Origin: Candidatus Arthromitus sp. SFB-rat-Yit
Lineage (GTDB): Bacteria > Bacillota > Clostridia > Clostridiales > Clostridiaceae
Direction of reading: 5' to 3'
DNA: 32,000 nucleotides
Assembly: GCF_000283555.1 (NCBI RefSeq)
Contig: NC_016012.1
Span: forward strand, 1,050,001-1,082,000
Shown: one piece after another, positions 25,868 through 32,000 of the stretch
Position numbering within the stretch: position 1 is the first letter of the stretch
Layout: each line of letters starts with the position of its first letter
Translations under genes and position numbers: made by a program
Notes under the pieces: generated by a model
Databases searched by the model: none
What the model was told of the DNA's origin: nothing
What the model saw: the letters and a program-made list of their open reading frames with translations, nothing else

Positions 25868-26545
25868 TTATTCTTCTATATCTTCAACGACACTTCTTAA
25901 AGATTTATCAAAATCATCATCATCTCGTAGAACAAAATCATCAATATAGAAACTATCCAAATAAGTTTCTATAAATTCTCTACATCTATAACGAATTTGT
26001 ATCTCTATATCCAAAGCATCACTCCCACTTTGTAACACATTGAATATAAAACTCGTCAAGTCATAAAATCCACCCCAAAGACTCCAATTATTTGGACTCA
26101 TAAACTCAGGACAAACTTTCCTACTTGCATCATAGTGTCTAACAAGCCTATCCATTTTTAAGTCATGCTTAATTAGAAGCTCAGCAGCCAATCTAGCCAT
26201 ACCTAAAATATTATTCTTATGATCAGAGTCTTTATTAACACACATCCCTATTCCAATACTATTATCATTTGTTATCCCATATTTGCCTCGGCCATCCCCA
26301 CAATGCCAAGATCTGTACTCTTCACCTACAAAATTATAAATTTTATACTCATTTCCTTCATTTCCAACTAAATAATGATAACTTGCATTATCAGATACAT
26401 TTTCAAAAAAGTTGTAATGCCTATCTAATCCAGAACCTTCATCCCAATTTCCTGTATCATGAATTACTACATATTCAATTTTTTTATTTTCTCTATTTGA
26501 AAAATTATTAGATATTAATCTTTCTTTCAATAAATATTGTTTCAT
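25868..26545 (-). CDS. N-acetylmuramoyl-L-alanine amidase (Amidase_2/PGRP fold, T7-lysozyme type)
   Basis: 225 aa. Zn-ligand pattern YVVIHDTGN ... VRHYDASRKVCP, with His and Cys 8 residues apart as in T7 lysozyme, plus WHCGDG and NSIGIGMC. No signal peptide and no recognisable wall-binding repeats. Acidic C-terminal tail. Confidence 0.88.
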   Translation of the reverse strand: MKQYLLKERLISNNFSNRENKKIEYVVIHDTGNWDEGSGLDRHYNFFENVSDNASYHYLVGNEGNEYKIYNFVGEEYRSWHCGDGRGKYGITNDNSIGIGMCVNKDSDHKNNILGMARLAAELLIKHDLKMDRLVRHYDASRKVCPEFMSPNNWSLWGGFYDLTSFIFNVLQSGSDALDIEIQIRYRCREFIETYLDSFYIDDFVLRDDDDFDKSLRSVVEDIEE

Positions 26546-26628
26546 GTTTCACCTTAAAAAATTATTATTGTATATCATAATATTTATAAAACATTTTTAG
26601 TATTCATTTAATTTTTTATCAATCTCTA

Positions 26629-27933
26629 TTAATCAAAAATTAATTTCTTCGTAATGCTTCTTACTCTCACAACAAAATTTATAAATATGAGCGATAAACC
26701 TTCAGAAAAAATTAAACTCATCCATATTCCAGTTAACCCAAACAATTTTGATAAAATTATTAGACTTATAGGTAGAAAAACAAAAGACCTAAATATACAA
26801 ATTACATTTGAATATTTAGGAATCTCCATTGATTGATAATAAATACTTGTAGTTAAATTTATTCCCAAAATAAAGAATGCTAAATTTGACACATTAAGTC
26901 CAAAATATGCAATACTCATAATTTCCAAATCAGACGTAAATATTCCAATCAAACTATTTCCCCATATTAAACATATTAAAACATAAATAAATGTTAACAG
27001 AAATCCAAACTTTTTTGAAAATCCATAAAATTTAAGCATATCTTTCCCATTCTTTTCTCCAAAAGAATAACTTATAAGAGGCTGTACTCCAAAATTCATT
27101 CCAAGAAGTACCATATAAATGTTTGAATTTATATAATTTATAACACTAAATGCCGTTAATGCCTTACTACCTACAAAAAATATGAGAGCAATGTTATAGA
27201 AAAATATAATCATTGAGAATGTTATTTCTGCAAGAAACGATGGAAAACCAATCATTACTATACTCTTTAATATGTTTAAATCAAACGTTGATCTTTTAAA
27301 TTTCAATAATCCTCTCTTAAAAATAAAATGATTCATCAAAATTATTATAGTTAATATTTGTCCAATTCCAGTTGCTAATGCTGCACCCTGTATTCCCCAT
27401 CTAAATTTAAATATAAAAATATAATCGAGCACTATGTTCGTAATCGCCCCAAATATATTCGCAGTCATTCCAAGTTTTGGATTACCATCATTTCTCACAA
27501 AGCTATTTATAACAATACCTATTAAATTAAAGCTACAAAATAAAGAATAATATTTCAAATACTCTGAAGAATAATACAAAATTTCATCACGTGCCCCAAT
27601 TAAATACATTATCTTATTGCATCCAAAGAAAGCAATTAAACTTAACATTAGACTCAATATAACAATGAGTCTTATAGTTTGTCCAAATATATTTTGTGCC
27701 TTAATCTTATTATTCTCTCCAAAACTTTTAGAAACAAGAGATCCACCTCCAACTGCTATCATAGTAGCCAATCCAAAATACATTATAGTAATTGGCAAAA
27801 CCATATTCACTGCAGCAAGACCAGTATCTCCTATTCCTCTTCCTACAAAAATTCCATCCATTATCGTATAAAGTGATGTGACTAGCATAGCTATCATAGA
27901 CGAAATTGAATATTTAAAAAACATTTTTACCAT
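26629..27933 (-). CDS. MATE family efflux transporter
   Basis: 434 aa, about 12 TM helices. N-terminal MATE pattern DGIFVGRGIGDTGLAAVNMVLPI. SD GGAGATAGG. Confidence 0.85.
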   Translation of the reverse strand: MVKMFFKYSISSMIAMLVTSLYTIMDGIFVGRGIGDTGLAAVNMVLPITIMYFGLATMIAVGGGSLVSKSFGENNKIKAQNIFGQTIRLIVILSLMLSLIAFFGCNKIMYLIGARDEILYYSSEYLKYYSLFCSFNLIGIVINSFVRNDGNPKLGMTANIFGAITNIVLDYIFIFKFRWGIQGAALATGIGQILTIIILMNHFIFKRGLLKFKRSTFDLNILKSIVMIGFPSFLAEITFSMIIFFYNIALIFFVGSKALTAFSVINYINSNIYMVLLGMNFGVQPLISYSFGEKNGKDMLKFYGFSKKFGFLLTFIYVLICLIWGNSLIGIFTSDLEIMSIAYFGLNVSNLAFFILGINLTTSIYYQSMEIPKYSNVICIFRSFVFLPISLIILSKLFGLTGIWMSLIFSEGLSLIFINFVVRVRSITKKLIFD

Positions 27934-27991
27934 AACCTATCTCCAAATAAGTTTAAAACATAAATCTTTAAAGATAGTTTGTACAAATCCC

Positions 27992-28027
27992 AAAATAAAA
28001 ACCACTAAATTTTAAATAATTTAGTGG
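27992..28027 (-). terminator. Rho-independent terminator of the Bce-type permease gene
   Basis: Perfect 10-bp stem CCACTAAATT-6 nt-AATTTAGTGG, followed on the minus strand by TTTTTATTTT. Starts 8 nt after the stop codon. Confidence 0.75.
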
Positions 28028-28034
28028 CTTAAAT

Positions 28035-30071
28035 CTATTTTGTTGTTTCGCTTACTATTCTGTAATACGAATTAGATGTAATTTTGTATATAATCATATA
28101 AAATATAGCAAATACAATAAAGCTACTTATTGTTGTTATAGCAAACAGTACCACATTATTAATACTAACTGTTAAAAGTAATCTACATATAATTGGAAAA
28201 GCAAATATCAAATGTATAAATGCTATAATCAGTGGCAAAAAAAATACAGTTAAAAGTTGTGAATTAATACTCTTTCTGATTTCTTTCTTGGTCATACCAA
28301 CTTTTTGCATAATTCCAAATCGTGATTGATCCTCATATCCTTCTGAAATTTGTTTATAATAAATAATTAGTACTGCTGCTGCGATAAATACAATGCTTAA
28401 AATAATCCCTATATAAAATAACGCTCCAAAAAGACTATTGAAATTTTCACGTTCAAATTCCTGACTTCTTAAATAAACACTTTTATATCCAAAATTTTCT
28501 TTGATTAATTCATTTGTGAAAATATCCAAGAAACTATTATAAAGTTCTATTTGTTTACTCGGTTCCATTCCAGTATCAAAGTTATAAATAAAACTTTTCC
28601 TAGCTAATTTTTCCCCATAGAAATCTGATAAATTATCAAAACTTCTGATAACACTTTCTATATCTGGCACAATTAATATTATATTGTATAACATATCAAT
28701 TGCACTGTCACCAATATTAACAAAATCATCAATCTTCTTTTTAATATTAAATATTTCCCCATTGCTAAAAGAAATCTTATCATCCTTATAACTATTTTTA
28801 TAAGAATATAATAACGCCTCTCCATCATTTAATGTTTCATTTGAATTCATAATTTCATTGTAATCATCAAGTGAAATAAAGTTTATTGAATATGCATTTG
28901 TTCCATTTGATGAATTATAATTTATTAAGGTTGTTTCAACATAACTACCATTAACTATTCCATAGATAGCAGCATTGCGATAAAAATATCTATTTTCTGG
29001 TACAACATTACGCTCTCTTAACTCATCTGATAATTTATCTTCTAATTTCTCAATATTTCTATTTAAAAAACTATCTAATTCATCAAACCTAAATTCTAAA
29101 TTAATATCACGTGGATATCTTGTATTTATTGCATCTTCTTTACCAAAATAAAGACAAGCTGTAGATGCCATCATAACCAAAACCATTGTAGCTAAAATAC
29201 AAATAGACGCAAGACCTGCTCCATTCCTTTTCATACGATAAATCATTGAAGAAACAGATACAAAATGATTTGTTTTATAATAGTACCTCTTTCTCTTTTT
29301 TAAAATACGTAAAAATAAAATAGAGCCTGAAATCATTGTAAAATATGTACCTATAATTACCATAATTACAGCGATGAAAAATGTAGGAAGTGCTTGAATA
29401 GGATCTTGAATTATAACTGAGATATAATAGGAAACTCCCAAAATCAAAATCCCCATAATCCCAATGAACCAATTACCTTTTGGAGGTTTTTCTCCAACAT
29501 TCTCACTTCGTATAAGATTAATTGCACTTGAAAATTGCACTTGACGGATTGAATTAATCAAAATCAAAATAAATATAATTCCAAAAACTTGAATAGTTCT
29601 TTCAATTGAAATCATCGAGATTGAAAAAGTATAATTTACAATACTACCCATAAGATTAACAAGTACAAGCTCAGCTAACTTCGAAAAAATAATTCCTGCC
29701 AACAGTCCAATACCAATTGATATAACTCCAATAATCAAAGTTTCCCAAAATAATATAATCCCTATATTTCTTTTCCCCATACCAAGGATATTATAAAGAC
29801 CAAATTCCTTTTTTCTACGTCGAGCTAAAAAAGAATTTGTGTAAAACAAAAAAATTCCAGAAAATACTGCAATAACCTGACTACCAAGATGAAGAACCGT
29901 CCTAATTGTTTCCCTACCTCTCAAATTATTTAATATATCGCTCACTCCTAAAAACATAACAATATAAAACATCATTATCATGCCAATACAAGTAAAAATA
30001 TATGGAACATACATCCTCTTATTTTTTCGAATACTACTCATAGCAAGTTTGAGATAAAAATTTATTTTCAT
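28035..30071 (-). CDS. BceB-type ABC transporter permease (FtsX domains, 10 TM, large extracellular loop)
   Basis: 678 aa. TM clusters flank a ~200-aa hydrophilic loop (approx. residues 320-530). The ATGA overlap with the upstream ATPase gene indicates translational coupling. Confidence 0.9.
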   Translation of the reverse strand: MKINFYLKLAMSSIRKNKRMYVPYIFTCIGMIMMFYIVMFLGVSDILNNLRGRETIRTVLHLGSQVIAVFSGIFLFYTNSFLARRRKKEFGLYNILGMGKRNIGIILFWETLIIGVISIGIGLLAGIIFSKLAELVLVNLMGSIVNYTFSISMISIERTIQVFGIIFILILINSIRQVQFSSAINLIRSENVGEKPPKGNWFIGIMGILILGVSYYISVIIQDPIQALPTFFIAVIMVIIGTYFTMISGSILFLRILKKRKRYYYKTNHFVSVSSMIYRMKRNGAGLASICILATMVLVMMASTACLYFGKEDAINTRYPRDINLEFRFDELDSFLNRNIEKLEDKLSDELRERNVVPENRYFYRNAAIYGIVNGSYVETTLINYNSSNGTNAYSINFISLDDYNEIMNSNETLNDGEALLYSYKNSYKDDKISFSNGEIFNIKKKIDDFVNIGDSAIDMLYNIILIVPDIESVIRSFDNLSDFYGEKLARKSFIYNFDTGMEPSKQIELYNSFLDIFTNELIKENFGYKSVYLRSQEFERENFNSLFGALFYIGIILSIVFIAAAVLIIYYKQISEGYEDQSRFGIMQKVGMTKKEIRKSINSQLLTVFFLPLIIAFIHLIFAFPIICRLLLTVSINNVVLFAITTISSFIVFAIFYMIIYKITSNSYYRIVSETTK

Positions 30072-30832
30072 TTTCTTGCTCCTCCTGTTATGAGTAAAGT
30101 CAATGTATCTGAAATTTTTTGATAAAATTGATCATCTGTATCATCCCCACGATAAATTTGATGAAATACTTCTCCATCTTTAATAAATAAAACACGATTT
30201 GCTACACTTGCAGCTCTAACCGAATGCGTTACCATTAGAATTGTTTGACCTATATTGTTAACCTCTACAAAAAGGCGAAGCAACTCATCAGTAGCTCTAG
30301 AATCTAATGCACCCGTTGGTTCATCAGCAAGAATTATTTTAGGATTATTTATCATTGCCCGTGCAACAGCAGCTCTCTGCTTTTGACCTCCAGATACCTC
30401 ATATGGATACTTTTTAAGAAGCTTGTGAATACCAAGTCGTTCTGATATTGATACCAAACGATCATGCATTTCTGTGTAATGTTTCCCTGCAAGTACGAGA
30501 GGTAAATAAATATTATCCTCCAAAGTAAAAGTATCCAACAAATTAAAATCCTGAAATACAAATCCAAGATTATCTCTCCGAAAATTTGCAATAAATGATT
30601 CCCTAATTTTAGAAATATCATTGCCATCTAAAATAACACTTCCACTTGTTGGCTTATCAATTGCTGCCATAATATTCAAAAGAGTACTCTTACCTGATCC
30701 AGATTCGCCCATGATAGAAACAAACTCACCCTTCTCTACACTGAAATTTACATTTTTTAACACCTCAACTTTATTTCCCCCAAAACGAGTACTATAAACC
30801 TTTTTTAAACTATTTACTTCCAAAATACTCAT
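30068..30832 (-). CDS. BceA-type ABC transporter ATP-binding protein (MacB/LolD-like)
   Basis: Walker A GESGSGKST, signature VSGGQKQRAAVARA, Walker B ILADEPTGALD. Start taken at the ATG 30832 (MSILEVNSLKKVY), 8 nt after SD GGAGGA; the track's 30853 is a TTG extension. Confidence 0.93.
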   Translation of the reverse strand: MSILEVNSLKKVYSTRFGGNKVEVLKNVNFSVEKGEFVSIMGESGSGKSTLLNIMAAIDKPTSGSVILDGNDISKIRESFIANFRRDNLGFVFQDFNLLDTFTLEDNIYLPLVLAGKHYTEMHDRLVSISERLGIHKLLKKYPYEVSGGQKQRAAVARAMINNPKIILADEPTGALDSRATDELLRLFVEVNNIGQTILMVTHSVRAASVANRVLFIKDGEVFHQIYRGDDTDDQFYQKISDTLTLLITGGARK

Positions 30833-30873
30833 AGATGTTGTTCCTCCACTCAATTTTATGATGTTATTTTAAC

Positions 30874-30916
30874 AAAAAAGGGAAATGACCCACCATCGAT
30901 TTGGCTTACATTTCCC
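30874..30916 (-). terminator. Terminator-like hairpin between the kinase and ABC ATPase genes
   Basis: Minus strand: GGGAAATG-21 nt (with internal CCA/TGG pairing)-CATTTCCC, followed by TTTTTTGTT. Confidence 0.5.
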
Positions 30917-30943
30917 AAGCTAAACCTTACATTTTTGTAAGGT
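30904..30943 (-). promoter_or_regulatory. Candidate response-regulator binding region (TGTAAG repeats)
   Basis: Perfect inverted repeat ACCTTACA-tttt-TGTAAGGT at 30924-30943, starting 2 nt after the kinase stop. A third TGTAAGC copy (30904-30910, minus strand) lies exactly 21 nt downstream of the minus-strand TGTAAGG. The region is about 70-110 nt upstream of the ABC ATPase ATG. Confidence 0.4.
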
Positions 30944-30944
30944 A

Positions 30945-31931
30945 CTAATCTCTTTTAAAATTATTTTGTTCTAAATTAATATGTACTATTGTTCCCTTAT
31001 AAAGTTCAGATGTAACATAAATATCAATCTCAAGATTATTACAAATTCGTTTACAAAGGTAAAGTCCAATTCCACTAGCCTTTTTATAAATCCTTCCGTT
31101 ATATCCCGTATATCCCTTCTCAAAAATACGAGATAAATCTTCTGGTGCTATACCAATTCCTGTATCCTCAATACAAAGTATTGCACCTTTAATATAAATT
31201 TTAATACTACCCTTACGAGTATACTTCAAAGCATTAGACAAAAGCTGATCGATTACAAAAGAAAACCATTTCTCATCTGTTACAATTATTCTTTCTATAG
31301 CGTCATATTCAATCCTAATCTTACGATCAATAAACTCAGAAGCAAATCTTGCAATTGAATGCTTTATAATATCCCCAACATTATGTTTCCTAAAAACATA
31401 ATCATTATAATCTGACTCAAGTTTCATAAATGCTAAAACCATTTCAACATACTGACTTATTTGTGATAAATCCGAAGATAATTTCCTAGAAATTAAAGTA
31501 TCTTCATTTTGTAAAGTAAGCTGCATTGAAGTAATAGGTATCTTGATTTGATGTACCCATAAAGTATAATATTCCATAAGATTTTTGTAACGTTCAGATG
31601 TAGATGCATTTAATTGTGAGACTTCACTCTTCAAGGATTCTATAACTTCTTGGTAATCACTATCTTCAATGCATTCAATAGATGGCATATAAGAGATCAT
31701 ATCAGCTGTTAATTTTTTCATTATTATAATCTGATTATGTTTACGCATTTTATTTAAAAATCCTATGCAAATAAATACGACACCAAAAATCAAACATATT
31801 AATGACGGATATATGACAGCTTTAAGTGGTAAACGATATAAAATAAAACTAACAATGAAAAATAAACAAAATAAGGTCCACACAAGAATTCCTTTTCTAT
31901 GTTGTTTTATATATAACAAAAATAATTTCAT
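30945..31931 (-). CDS. BceS-type intramembrane-sensing histidine kinase
   Basis: Two N-terminal TM helices with almost no extracellular loop. H-box YTLWVHQIKIPIT, N-box LLSNALKYT, G-boxes IEDTGIGI and ASGIGLYLC. The ATG at 31931 is preferred (SD GAGAGG 5 nt upstream); an alternative ATG lies at 31946. Confidence 0.9.
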   Translation of the reverse strand: MKLFLLYIKQHRKGILVWTLFCLFFIVSFILYRLPLKAVIYPSLICLIFGVVFICIGFLNKMRKHNQIIIMKKLTADMISYMPSIECIEDSDYQEVIESLKSEVSQLNASTSERYKNLMEYYTLWVHQIKIPITSMQLTLQNEDTLISRKLSSDLSQISQYVEMVLAFMKLESDYNDYVFRKHNVGDIIKHSIARFASEFIDRKIRIEYDAIERIIVTDEKWFSFVIDQLLSNALKYTRKGSIKIYIKGAILCIEDTGIGIAPEDLSRIFEKGYTGYNGRIYKKASGIGLYLCKRICNNLEIDIYVTSELYKGTIVHINLEQNNFKRD

Positions 31932-31965
31932 TGAAACCTCTCTCATTTTAGTAATTCTCTAAATT

Positions 31966-32000
31966 TCACTCAACAATATATCCAACACCAACCCTAGTGG
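31966..32000 (-). CDS. OmpR-family (BceR-type) response regulator, last 11 codons only
   Basis: Hand translation of the minus strand gives ...TRVGVGYIVE-stop (TGA at 31966-31968), the canonical winged-helix C-terminus. It lies directly upstream of the kinase gene. Very short fragment. Confidence 0.55.
   Translation of the reverse strand, partial: TRVGVGYIVE

Noticed and set aside
25868-26545. Amidase as evidence for a prophage
   Set aside because: No holin, structural, integrase or repressor genes flank it. Both neighbours are ordinary chromosomal-type genes.
26269-27876. Plus-strand ORFs inside the amidase and MATE genes (26269-26511, 26654-26836, 27617-27871, 27679-27876)
   Set aside because: Antisense shadow ORFs. 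The minus-strand frames carry clear catalytic or 12-TM signatures.
29275-31962. ORFs 29275-29472 (-), 30352-30627 (-) and 31765-31962 (+)
   Set aside because: Out-of-frame or antisense ORFs nested in the BceB-, BceA- and kinase-type genes. None has independent support.
1-32000. Scan for CRISPR arrays, tRNA/rRNA genes, riboswitch or T-box leaders and IS elements
   Set aside because: No regularly spaced repeats, no cloverleaf-compatible G+C-rich segments and no long structured leaders were seen. The largest untranslated stretches are 7008-7184, 15455-15562, 19312-19458 and 21175-21340. None shows a recognisable conserved RNA motif.

Overview
Strongly A+T-rich window with Firmicutes/Clostridia-like gene content and order. 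Every convincing gene but one lies on the minus strand. Core genes: ligA (5' part, runs off the left edge), pcrA, an RsuA-family pseudouridine synthase, pgi, dut and a DJ-1/PfpI protein. Accessory content: (i) an intact, translationally coupled brxC-pglX pair (7185-13824) wedged between the pgi terminator and an unrelated transcription unit. No pglZ, brxL, brxA or brxB occurs anywhere in the 32 kb. This orphan two-gene BREX-like module is the main candidate for something undescribed. (ii) A cytoplasmic-looking 676-aa protein made of seven tandem triple-tyrosine (Y_Y_Y-like) repeats, followed by a lytic transglycosylase. (iii) A tightly packed five-gene operon: two paralogous small signal-peptide/TM proteins, an ABC-2 exporter and a LiaF-like membrane protein. 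(iv) A 955-aa secreted repeat protein, an internally duplicated 300-aa protein and a stand-alone Amidase_2 enzyme. (v) A MATE exporter and a complete Bce-type module (response regulator 3' end, intramembrane-sensing kinase, ABC ATPase, FtsX-type permease) with a structured regulatory spacer. I found no rRNA, tRNA, CRISPR array, transposase or integrase. Function calls rest on motifs read from the supplied translations; no database search was possible.
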